Shown piece after piece: positions 13,631 through 25,149 of a stretch of DNA of 64,000 bases. Location of the stretch: assembly GCF_009834535.1 (NCBI RefSeq), contig NC_045697.1, forward strand, positions 106,518,001 to 106,582,000. The letters run 5' to 3'. Numbering within the stretch: position 1 is the stretch's first letter; each line of letters begins with the position of its first letter. This stretch comes from Camelus ferus. Its lineage: Eukaryota. The notes beneath the pieces are model-generated. The model did no database searches. It had not been told where the DNA came from and saw nothing but the letters and a program-made list of their open reading frames with translations. The translations under genes and the position numbers were made by a program.

Positions 13631-16059
13631 CTCTGTGGTTTTGACATTTGTAGCAGAACATTAAAAAAAAAAAAATTCAGAAATCACTGAGACATGAAAC
13701 TACTCAATATCTTTCTTAGAATTTATTACACAATCACCATCATTAAAGACTTCAAACATTTATCCAGAGATGATTTTGTGTCTGCGGTACTGTGCTAAAA
13801 ATTGTCTTGGTGTAGGAGGTAAAATTTCAAATAATCATTCAACAACTAAGAGCAGAGAGTTCATGGAGAAAAGAAACGGGCAAACACAAGTGGGGAGACT
13901 GAGCAAAAGAATCAGTATGTAGATTAGCTACAATAAATGTTGTTTTTAAAAAGCCAGCATTTAAGCGAGCTACAAAATTTGTGGGGAAAGTTTTTCAAAT
14001 AGTTCAGTAATCAGGATATCTTCAAGGTGTGGCCCAGGAATGCAGATGGATTTTTCTAACAAATACGTCCCTTGTACCAAAAGGGTGTCACAGCATTAGA
14101 GGTCTTTCCCTGCTAAGTGTTTTCTCATTCCTCTCTAAAGTGAGATGCAAAATATGTTAACATATCTTACATAAATCAAAGTCAAATAAAAAGCAAATAC
14201 CAACCGTTAGCTAGAAAATGTACGTCACTGCACTTCAGTACAATAAACGATTTGGGGAGGGGGGAGACTGAGCAGACCCACTCCCACATGGTGAAAAACA
14301 TATCAAGTGCAGTTATGGACTGGAGGATGGGGAGAAAGCATGATTCTTAGTCTTCTGAGGTTCTTTTCTGAAAATGAGTACTCTGAAGCCATAAATTTTA
14401 ATTGACTTTTCTTTTTTTTCTATGATATTGGTGATATTTTTCTCTTCATTTCAAGTGGTTGCTTATTTTCTGTAAACTGTCAAAAGCCTAAAGATTCTGC
14501 TTTCTTTGACGATCAGAAGTTTCTCATTCACTTTTTAGAAATCTTTAAAATGTCTAGAAGTAAACACTTTTTATTTTTTAATTATTGCCCCAAATTATAC
14601 TTCTAAATGTAATATGATGATCGCAGTATTTGTCAGAGTTGTCTCAAGTGAGGTACAATCAACTAACACAACGACAAGATCTGTGGAGAAATCTAAACCA
14701 ATAAGTGATGCACACATTGAAATCCACATCCCCACCCACAGCCCTGCACCCCCATACCCTGCTCCCTGCCAAAAATTGCCAAGACAAACACCCTTCTCCC
14801 AATTTGTCATTTCTCTACATTTTCAAAACAGCCAGAAAGTCTCCATTTCTTTCTAGAATTCAGCCAATGAATTACAAAGCAATTGTTATTGCTGGACAGT
14901 TTGTGTTATAATTTTACGCAGCACATTTTCCCTAAATGCTGCTCTGGCTCCAACCTAGTAATTTCCTTAGTAGTAATTGTATCTGTGCCTCCTCAAGTGC
15001 AAATCTAACATCATTTATGCTTATCCGGGTCCAGCTTCCACATTCTTACTAGAAAGTTGCCAACACCACCTAGACGCCACATAATAGGATCGTTGGTTGC
15101 TAAATTGGTGTTTCAAGTAACAGGAAAAGAATATCAAACACCAGCCTCAAAACATCACATTCAGCTTGAAAATATAGTTTATCATTTAACTTGGCTTTAA
15201 AATATTTGATTTTGGACTTGGTGAGCAGGCATTTCTAATCAGTATTATTGATAAACACAAGGCAGGTGATGAGGTGGAACTAAACATTCTATCGCTACAT
15301 GCAGGATAGTGCTTCAGTGGCAAAGCGTCTGAGATGTAAATGCAAAATTGCTTCACATTTCATTGCTCACTTAAAGCAAAACGTTAAAAGATGGCTCAAC
15401 GGTTGTTTCTTCACAATCGACGTCCTCTAAATGGTACTCCAATGAACAGAAATTGCGCGAATCAGTTCCAGCATACTTTAACTAGACTAAAAGCGTGGTA
15501 TAAAGATAAAAAAGAAATGAATTTTTAGACCATGGGTGACATGGTCTAGGTGATGAATTCTTAGTCAGGCAAAGTGTTCTGGAAAGTTTCTTTCTACATA
15601 CTTAGTTCAGAAATTAAATATTGGACTACTTAAGTGGTCTTTTCTGATAACATTTTTGCATGCTTACGTAAAATGAAGGTAAGTCTAGCAAATTAAAAAA
15701 AATGAAAATGCCTGGACTTAAAAGATTTTAGTTTCTCAGTCTTTGAATTAAGTATATTGTGAATATATTGGGCTACATTCTGACCAAAGGTGAAGAAATG
15801 TTGAATGAGGTGAAAGCAATGACAATTTTGGAATTATGATTATCATACTTGAGTTTATGGAAGTCAAGAATATAGATGTCAGGATATCCTAGATTTTTTA
15901 ATTTATTACTTGTATTCTACTTACATTCAGAAAATAATTTATGGTAAGCTTGACAGGACTTTCATGGAAAATTTCACAATTTGACTTGCCAATGGATAAT
16001 TCTAAAATCCATTTTAGATACTGAAGTAACAGTTTGAAGTAGCTTAAGAAAAGTGTACT

Positions 16060-16445
16060 TACCAAATGGGTCTTTTGGTTCCCAAGCAAAGGAATGTGGC
16101 TGGATCTTGGGAGCACTGGTCCCAGGGACTCCAGTCCCACCAGAACTTTTCAGCTGTAGTGGCTACTTTTCCCTGTGTTTCATCTTTCTGTCTTTCACTC
16201 TGTGTTTCTATCTCTCTTTCTGTCTCTGTACTACCCTTTGATTGATTTTACTCATGTCTTAGGCTACAAGGCTGCAGCCATGAATGACTCCCAACCTATT
16301 CATTTTACAAAATTAGGCTCCTAAAGAGAGCTAACCTTCTACTTCTCAATTTCCAAAATTCCCAAGGAAGGTTTCTGACTAGTCCAGCATGTGTCAGGTG
16401 ATCAACCTTGAACCAATCAAATGTGATCAAAATGGGGTCTCATTC
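16060..16445 (-). mobile_element. Ancient MaLR LTR remnant (MLT1J/K-like)
   Basis: 'aattcccaaggaaggtttctgactagtccagcatgtgtcaggtgatcaaccttgaaccaatcaaatgtg' resembles old MLT1 consensus. Confidence 0.6.
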
Positions 16446-16939
16446 AAGTGATACACAATGAGAAGAGGCAGAAATGGCAGAGTACGCTGCACAGAAAAAA
16501 AAAAAGAAAGAAAAGTATGTGTCACTATGCAAACACACACTACGAGCACACACTCACACTCACAAACCTTCAGTCAGCAGCACAAAGGAGCCCATAACTA
16601 AGTGCTCAGATGTGTGACACAAGCAACTTGAGCTAGAAGACTTTAAAAAGATTTAACGGAGCTTGAAGTTAGCAGAGGAAAACTTTCTGAAGAGGGAGCG
16701 ATAAGAATTGGCCTCTGGGGTGTACATGATATTTTGTTTGATCACAAAGAGACAAAGACTCCAAATACTGAGCAATCACAAAGGAGACATTCAAATCACT
16801 CAACACAACTTTGTCAGGGGCTTATGCTGCGTGAGGGACTGTAGAAAAAAAAAAAGGACCAAAGATGACCATGAAGAGTTAGGGAACAGTATGATCATTC
16901 CAACTGAATTGTGCTTAGATCATCGATGCGCTCAGAGTA

Positions 16940-17810
16940 TTAACAGATTTTTGTCAACCTTGAGGGAAGTCCCTAGGTGCATTTTATAGAATATTATACT
17001 CAAGTCTGACTCCAACATTTCATCAAGTTGAGTGAAGTCATTTAAAGTATGCTTACAAAATTTGCTGAGAATACAAATTTGAGAAAATGTAATAAATCAA
17101 AAATATCTCAAAATGATAAAATATAGATCAAAACTAGCAGAATAAAATTTAATAGGAATCATGAAGTACTGCACTAAGGATCAAAGTGAAACTGGTTTGA
17201 GGCTCACAATGTGACAGATCTGGCAAAATAGCAATCGTGTGGGGCAAAAATCTATGATCTGTTCATTGCCTCATTGCTAAAAGCCCGTCTTCTGACAAGG
17301 CAGTAACATACCAGATGCAATCTTTACAGAATGAATAGAATCATTGTGTCTGGAACAAGAGTGTCAGCTGCACCCCTGCTGGGTCTGATTACATCCAGAT
17401 GATTCTATTCAACCCTGGATTCTGCATTTAAGGGGAACATTCACCAATACTTCCACGAAAGGGGACCAGAAAGTAGAAAGGGCTGGAAACCATATCATGA
17501 AGAACAACTTATGAGGTCTGGGGTCTAGGGAGGAAGGGAACCAAGCAAGAAAAGTTTCATGAGAGCAAGAACCTAGACTAACTCTGAAGATCTCTAGCAG
17601 GTGGAATAAGCTCAGTGGAAAGAAATCGCCAGGAGGCAGTAATGAGTTCACCTGGAGGAAGACGTCAATTACAAGCACCGCCGTCCCACAGAAGATGGGT
17701 TGCCTTTTAAAACAGTGAACTGGACAAATATCTGCCAAAGACCATATCTCTGCCTTGGGGAAGAGGTTGGGCTCAATGGCCTAATAAGCTTTTCCAACAG
17801 TTCTATATTC
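16940..17810 (+). mobile_element. L3/CR1 LINE remnant (RT C-terminus and 3' end)
   Basis: 'aaatttgctgagaatacaaatttg' ~ KFADDTKL; 'aaaatttaataggaatcatgaagtactgcact' ~ KFN..K..VLHL; CR1-type end 'ggttgggctcaatggcctaataagcttttccaac...tattc'. Confidence 0.75.
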
Positions 17811-18189
17811 CACTCAATTATTTCTCTCTACATATTTCTATATAAAAGTGGGGAAATCTGAACAAAGGAGCGAGCCTATGTCCTTTGTCTAGAATTTAAA
17901 AACTAAAACAGCTTGGATAAGATGTTTACCAGATTTATTTTATTCTTAAAAAAAAAAAATACTCAAGTTAAATGTATCCAGAAAGTCGATGAAACAGTAT
18001 CCATTCATGGACTACTCTCTTAGGTAGGAGTGAAACTGGGGGGCCAAATGTAAACATTTTTTGCCTAAAGATCAAAACTATACCAGCGTCTACAGCGCAT
18101 TTCAGGACAAAACGAGCACTCCTACACGCTCTTCTCTTTAGCATCCTTGAGCTGCTGCTGCTCAGACCCTTCCCATAGAAACAGGACTG

Positions 18190-18375
18190 AGGACCAGCTA
18201 CATCGCTTACTGGTTGCATTAACTCAGGCAAGTCGTTAGCCTTTCTGAAGCCCAGTTTTTCATCTCTAAAGTGAAGCTATTAATGCAATAATACCTCCCA
18301 GACACCTTTTGGGGAATATGTAGAGATGAAACTAGACAAATACAAGTGAAAATGTTTATAAACTATAAACATTAA
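18190..18375 (+). mobile_element. MIR SINE
   Basis: Core 'caggcaagtcgttagcctttctgaagcccagtttttcatctctaaagtg'. Confidence 0.8.
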
Positions 18376-19334
18376 CTAGTATATAGAGAGGAGAAACAGC
18401 ATATATTCAATTACAAATTTCTGTTGCTGAAATTTCTTGCACTGAAATATTTTTAATGTTCCATAAAATCCCTGCTTCCACCTGCAAGGTTGCCTGGTTT
18501 TTACTACATGGAGTTACATTTTAAAGATATAACCATTCCCTAATTACGGTTGTTTCCTATATTGTAAGATTAACTATTTTACTTGAGCACTGAGTTTAGC
18601 AGCTGGGGCAAATGTAATGCTTTTTACTCAGACCACACACTGTGGCATAATATGCTTTCATTGTATTCCGGTGTTTCACATTAATTATATACTTCTTAAT
18701 TGTCCTTTACAGTATTTCTGTCTTTAAAAAAATATTATGGAGTCAAATGAAACATATTCCTGAATCAGAGACCATCACACAATCGCAAGTTTAATTTTTC
18801 CTAATAAGTCACTCAACAATTTTATAAAAGATAAAATTTTTTTAAAAGTAATAAAATTGCTCAACACCAAGGCTGAGATTTTAATCTAAATTATTTATAA
18901 AGCAGAAGGGAAAGATTAGATATTGCTGAAACAAAAGGATTTTGCACTTGCAGTATTTTAAGTGATTTTACACGCACAGCGTGTTTTTAAAAGTGTACTG
19001 ATCCCACATTTAGTAATAAACTCCATGGGACGTCTGGCAGAAATTCCCTGCCACAACAGTTTACAGCGACCATCTGTGTCTGCAAGAAGCTTCCAGATAC
19101 TCTGCCACCTGACTCACTGTCCCAACTCTTCTCACTTCTACTCACAGACTTTCTTCATTTTCATCGTATACTATATCTGCCCTGGGAGGAAGAAAATATT
19201 ACCAAAACAATCCAGCATTACATATTTCTGAAACCAAAATAAGATTGAAGAACTTTTAACCAATTTATTTTGAAACAGATTGATAAAGCTCTAGCTCTTC
19301 AGAATGAGGGTATACATCCGCAGCAGAGAATATT

Positions 19335-19620
19335 TACAGAAGGAGGGGTTTAGCGATTGTAGTCCACTGCCTTCGTTTGATACATAAGGAAACTGAGGCC
19401 CAGAGAGGCTGGCCAGAGGCCCCACCCGCTGAGACCGGAGAGGGGTGGGGGGGAGGCATGGGGGATGGGGGAGGGGAGACGAGGGGGCGAGGTGGGGGAG
19501 GTGGGGGAGGGGCGGGAGGAGGCGGGGTGTGAGGGGGAGGGGAGTCGAGGGGGAGGGGGAGGGGAGGAGGACTTGGACTGCAGTCAGCGTCCTGCGTGAC
19601 TAGAAGCTCCTCTGTTCCAG
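19335..19620 (-). mobile_element. MIR3-like SINE interrupted by a G-rich tract
   Basis: Core 'aggaaactgaggcccagagagg'; MIR-like sequence appears to resume after the G tract. Confidence 0.6.
19437..19570 (+). repeat. G-rich low-complexity tract with G-quadruplex potential
   Basis: 16 runs of three or more G within ~134 bp. Confidence 0.9.
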
Positions 19621-19673
19621 ATCCAAAGAGCGACCGCTCAGGTACCAATGTGGTTTGAAGAGTACACCTACCT

Positions 19674-19966
19674 AACAAACTTCCAGTTATTAAGATAAAT
19701 AAGTCCTAGAGATTTAAAGTACAACATAAATAAAATTAACACTAGTGTATGTTATATATGAAAGCTGTTGAGAGTAAAGGCTAAGAGTTCCTCATAACAA
19801 GGAAAATTTTTTTCTATTTAATTTTATATCTATATGAGATGATAGATATTCACTAAACACTGTGATAATTATATCGTGATATATGCAAATCATTATGCTG
19901 TAAGCCTCAAATTTATACAGTACTGTATGTCAATTATATCTCAATAAAACTGGAAGAAAAAAAAAA
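19674..19966 (+). mobile_element. L1 3'UTR fragment with poly(A)
   Basis: 'tgtatgtcaattatatctcaataaaactggaagaaaaaaaaaa'; possible degenerate TSD aagagtacacctac / aagattgtacctac. Confidence 0.85.
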
Positions 19967-20071
19967 GATTGTACCTACTGAATAAGAAGGAGGAATTTTC
20001 CAAATAGACAAAGACTGGCTGCTCTCAAAGGCTTCATTTCATTGAACTCCCCCTTACCAGTGTCCCCAAAT

Positions 20072-20330
20072 ATTTTTTTCAACCTGAGATATAACTGACA
20101 CATAACATTATAGTAGTTTCATGGGTACAAAATAATGATCTGACATTTGTATACATTGAGAACTGATCACAGTACATCTAGTTAACATCCATCACCACAC
20201 ACAGTTTCGAATGTTTTTTCTTGTGATGAGAACTTTCAAGATCCACTCTCTTAGCAACTTTCTAATACTTGATGTAGTATTGTTAGCTTCTGTCTCCATG
20301 CTGTGCTTTGCATTCTCCAGAACGTTAATT
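20072..20330 (-). mobile_element. L1 3'UTR fragment (L1MA9-like, antisense)
   Basis: 'ttttcttgtgatgagaactttcaagatccactctcttagcaactttc'. Confidence 0.85.
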
Positions 20331-21122
20331 TTAATGAGACATGTTTTGGGATGTCTTACATGTAGGTACTCAGATTATTTAGAGTGGCTTTAATGGAACC
20401 ACAGGATTGAAGTGGACATTAAAGATGTATCTGGTTCAGCCCTTCAAAGAGACCTCTGAAAGTCCCCCACTTCCCTCAGACAATTTTGCAACTCCACATC
20501 ATTTTTCTCTCTTCTTACTACTCTCTATTTCATCATCCATGTACCTAAAAGAATTTGGGTCTATTATGTGTCAAACATCAATCTGGAAAAATAACAATCC
20601 ACTGTAAGACTGCCTTTGCAGACAACGATCTCCATGTAGGGGAGCAGACAATATCAATATGTCTGTTAACATCGCCTCCATTCGCTACCTTGTATTTGCC
20701 AGGCTACTCAATTATCTTAGGTTCTCGGGGAGCCACAATGATTTGCAGATTGTTCAACTCTGTCATAGGACCATGTGTATGAGACAGTGAGCCTACAACT
20801 TCATTGTAATTCAGGTTGACGTCTACAAATTCTGCACAATAAATACCTAAGTAGCCATGAGAAGGGTGAAGAATAGTCATTGCCAAGGAAAGTAACTTTA
20901 ACCTCAATCTGCCTGTATGCAAAATAAACCCCACCCCCATCACTACCCATTTCTAAGACTCTAATATTCCATTTGAAGTTAGGTGGGTGCTTACAGGTTT
21001 AAGAGAAGCCAAGTGAAAAGAGAAAGTTGGGTTTGGAAATAACCAGTGAGTATCTGCTTCATCTAGGAGGTTTATTAAACACAGTTCAACACACTTCTAA
21101 CATTCCGCTGTCTTGAATTTAG

Positions 21123-21209
21123 GTCCCTGGATTGACTGATGAAGATGTAGCCACACTGAGAAACGCGGCAATGGTTGTAACAATTCCAAACGGCATTACT
21201 GCAAACGCG
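21123..21209 (+). other. Candidate spliced exon, 87 nt, open in phase 0 (VPGLTDEDVATLRNAAMVVTIPNGITANA); product not recognised
   Basis: Branch-point match TTCTAAC at 21095-21101, acceptor ...gtcttgaatttag|G, donor GCG|gtaagg, length divisible by 3, lies in non-repeat DNA. Confidence 0.3.
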
Positions 21210-22469
21210 GTAAGGAGAACTGGGGAAAGAGCTAGCTAGCTAGTGAATGGTTTCTACAAGTGTCAAGAGCAGCTGACAAGGAAACAGTAATATTAATTAG
21301 TACCACCTGGTTTCTCAAAAAATACCCAGCAGCCCCCCTCAGGAAACGTGATTACTGGGTCAGAGTTCACCGATTCACGTGGCATTTGGAGTAAGTCCTG
21401 CATCTCTCAACATTCTGGAGTGTGAAGGGCCCTCAGATGGAGGAATGATCTCGCTGAGCATAGATCGTGCCAGGCCTCGGGTAACTCCCCCATCCTGTAC
21501 TCTCTGGAAAAATATCACCTCCCAAAAAACCGTAGAGTATAGCACATTAATGTCTCAGGACGTGGGGATGGGGGCGGACTTAGGTCTTCTGTGTTAACTT
21601 GAATATGTGACTTCAAATATGTAAAGAAAGACCATCAGGACTTTTCAGTGCAAGTTGATTATCTTTAAAAAAAAAACAAAACTTCTGTAACTGACTGTAC
21701 ATGTAACACCCATTTGTTGCATGGAAACTTGGAGATGATAGAAAAGCACAAAGGAAAAAGTAAATCCACCAATAACCCTCTCCATCCTGGAATGACTACT
21801 GTAACATTGATCATGAACTTTGCAGTTTGGATGTTGCACCAGGACTATGATGACAGGACTACTCGGAAAAGGGGACCCTTGGCTAGATGTGCAGCGACGC
21901 TCAGGACAAGAAGAAAAGGGGTTAAAAAATTGTTAGCACATCTTTGAGGGTTATTTTGACAAAAGCTAGATAGAACACTGTAAGAGATTTTCACACCCAG
22001 AGTGTCACACTCAACCAGCTCATAGGGGCAGAGACTGAGACACTCACCTTTGTGTCTTTAGCACCCAGCAGCCCTGGAAGAAAGGAAGAGAGAAAATCTT
22101 TGCTGTTCCTTATCCTGGAGGACTTGCCTGTGTGACAAACAGCTTGATTGTACATCAGTGAAGCAGAATGCCTCTCCTTGGGATTTTTCCACTTAAGCTT
22201 CATGTTCTACACCATCCTTGCTCTCTCAGTTCAGTGCATATTAATAGATAGCATGTCTGTCCTTAAAGCCATCCCACGGCCCTCCTGCCCCCAGTTTGAG
22301 ATGACATCCCTCTCTTCGAGGTATTCCCTAGAGTTCTCCTTGTAATTGAAAGTCGTGTACATCACACACTCCCTATTTCAAGTCAGAAAGTCACCAACAT
22401 ACCCCAAAGTTGAGAGATATCTGTTCAGCTACTTTTTTGGGCACAGGGAGAAACAGAAAATGGTGGTTA

Positions 22470-22660
22470 ACTTCAGTTCAGTCCAGCAAATATGGATTAC
22501 ATGTTACGTGCTGGCAACTAGCCTAGGTATGAGTATAAAAAAAGAGACATTCTCCCTGCTCTTGAAAATCTCACAGTCAGACGAGGGGAGATAGGCACAG
22601 AAATTATTTGTGTACAGTGTGTCAAGTGTAAGTGTCTCTGTTCACGGAAGACAAAAGAAG
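22470..22660 (-). mobile_element. L2 LINE 3' remnant
   Basis: 'ttcagtccagcaaatatggattac...ctccctgctcttgaaaatctcacagtcagacgaggggagatag'. Confidence 0.65.
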
Positions 22661-22744
22661 GGCGCTGTATTGAATTCCCTCAGTGAACTTTCCCCTATTT
22701 ATAAACCTTACTCCTCAAGGTCTTTGGTTTGGGGTTTTGGGGTT

Positions 22745-22893
22745 TGGAATTTTTTTTTAATTTTTTAATGGGAGGAGGTAAAAAGTTTTATTTATTTATA
22801 TATTTATTTGTTTATAACAGAGGCACTGGGCATTGAACCCAGGACCTCATGCATGCTAGGCACACCCTCTAACACTGAGCTCTACCCTCCACC
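22745..22893 (-). mobile_element. tRNA-Ala-derived camelid SINE (vic-1 type)
   Basis: Reverse complement reads GGTGGAGGGTAGAGCTCAGTGTTAGAGGGTGTGCCTAGCATGCATGAGGTCCTGGGTTCAATGCCCAGTGCCTC, then AT-rich body and tail. Confidence 0.9.
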
Positions 22894-22899
22894 TTTAAT

Positions 22900-23110
22900 C
22901 TGCTTAACACTTCTTTATAGCATACTTTGTATTAAATGCTTTACAGATACTGTTCCACTCTCAACCCTGTGAGACAAACATTACTTCCACATTTTAAAGA
23001 TGAAGAAACTGAAACATAGAGGTGTAAGTAACTTGCCTCAAATAATAAAATTAGTAAAATGACAAAGTTAATACTCAAATATTAATGTCTCCAAAGTTCA
23101 TTCTCTTTCA
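22900..23110 (-). mobile_element. MIR SINE
   Basis: 'cattttaaagatgaagaaactgaaacatagaggtgtaagtaacttgcctcaa'. Confidence 0.85.
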
Positions 23111-24509
23111 CCAGAAACCTAATACTCTCAGTAACACAGTGGATCATGATTAGAATGGCAGTTACCACTGTTTGAAAAAGTTGCAAGTTTGAATCAGGAT
23201 GCAACATCACAGTCCTCAAACAATGTTACTTTCTTCAGCATTACGTTTATTTGAGCCCAAGAAATTGCTCACTATGAACTCCGTCCCATGCATTCCATTT
23301 CTAAATATGTACCTATGTTACAAAGGTAGTTCACTTTGGCGATATTAAAATCAAATGGTTACAAAAGAAAAATATGCTTAGTTTTCCTTGTTTATCTCCT
23401 TGATTAATAATTTCCAATGGTTTACCATTGCCATTAAGAAAGATTTCCATCAAAAACATAAATCATGGCATTCAAGGTCCTGTCATAATCTCTCCCACCT
23501 CCACTGTGAAGTCTCTCTTTACAAAAGCCCATCTTAAGTTTTCCTTCTTAAATAAAATTATCAGGAATTTCTCATTTTATCATACACTGGCCAATAAAGA
23601 CAAAGCTCCAATATGTGATCACTTGAATTATTGACGTCAATATAAGGGAACAATTTTTTTGTAATGTTACCAAATGACAAAAATGTTGTCACTTTCATTC
23701 CAACCATCTATATTCAATTAATATAAGAAGTAAAAAAATAAGATTCTTTTAAAATTCAATTTTGTTGTATTCTGTCTCTAGACTAAAGAATTTTTAAGTT
23801 TCCCTCTCTTAGCATCAAGTTCAAATTATACAATTTTTAAAAATTTGACTAGAACAACCATGTTACAACTACCATGATTTTGAGCTGATCTACAGTTTTC
23901 TTTTATTATAATTTTTTTTCAAAAGCCCTATATGTGTGCTGTAGAAGATTAGAAATTACAAACTAGCAAAATTAAAATACCATGTTCCTACCACCAAGAG
24001 ATTACTACTCTTAACCTTTTATTATAACCATGCTTTGTATGAGAATATTTTTCTCAAAATTTATTTTTTGAACACTCTGATGAGAAAAATTGGTTTACTA
24101 TTAAATGAAATTTGTTCATCATATTTCATGTCTCTGTTAATGAGAAAGTAAATGCTATTGTAAAGAGAATGACCAAGAGAGGGAGCAGATGAGCAAAAGA
24201 GATTTGCACTTCTAGGGAGGTACAAAATCCTTTGAGAGTGAATTGCTCTCTTTTATAGATAACTTCATGGCCATTCACAGACAGCTTAGCAACACAGCTG
24301 GAGGTTGTCAGTCCAGACAGTGCAGAGAAAAATGTCCAAACTGCTTCTCAGCCAAAATGGAAATGTTTTCCAAACACTGCAGAACAGGAAGAAGAATGGA
24401 AAGTGAATGGGAGAAGAAAGTCTAAAGTAGAAAAGGGAACCATTTATTCTACAGTTCCAGTTTTTAAAGGACAGTAGAGTTGGCTTTTCCCTTTTTGCCT
24501 GGCCTTCCA

Positions 24510-24690
24510 GGAAGCACCTTACAAGTACTAATGCATCTTGTACTCACTTAAACCTTATGAGATTAGTACTATCATGCCTTCTTTCACAGAAAAGGAAAAT
24601 AAGGCACAGAAAAGCTAAGTAACTGGCCCAAGTTCACACAGCTAGTTAATAAAGGAAACAGGAATCCAGAGTCTAATGTCTAACAACTAC
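24510..24690 (-). mobile_element. MIR SINE
   Basis: 'ggaaaataaggcacagaaaagctaagtaactggcccaagttcacacagctagt'. Confidence 0.85.
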
Positions 24691-25149
24691 TTCTTTTTGC
24701 CTCTTTCAACTATCAAATTCTCTGGGGGTCAAACAGAGGAATGGGAAGAAGAAAAGACCTGCAGGGAAATAACTCAGGCAAAACCACTGAAGCACAGTTG
24801 TCCAGGCTAAGTGGGCAACTTAGATGTGCAAAGTCAGAATTGTTTGGTAGGGAGTTGCCCTGACAGACAATAAACAGAGCCGGTGGTTCTGAATGAGTAA
24901 TCTCACAGATACATCATCTTTGCAAGCCTGCAACGCTGGAGCAGAGCCCCAGCTCCTCCAGAGTACAAATCCCCCACAAATAGCTATCCTACAAGAAGCT
25001 GATCCAAGAGGAACCTTCCTTATTCAAACACTATCAATAATTAAAATGGGCCACCACAAGATCTGGACTAAGTGACTACATTTTTTATAAAGGAAGAAAT
25101 GGCAGGGGAAAATGTCACACATAACGCTCAAACACCTGGAAAGAAATAA

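Noticed and set aside
19334..19678. 114-aa proline-rich ORF
   Set aside because: Product of the G-rich low-complexity tract and MIR sequence.
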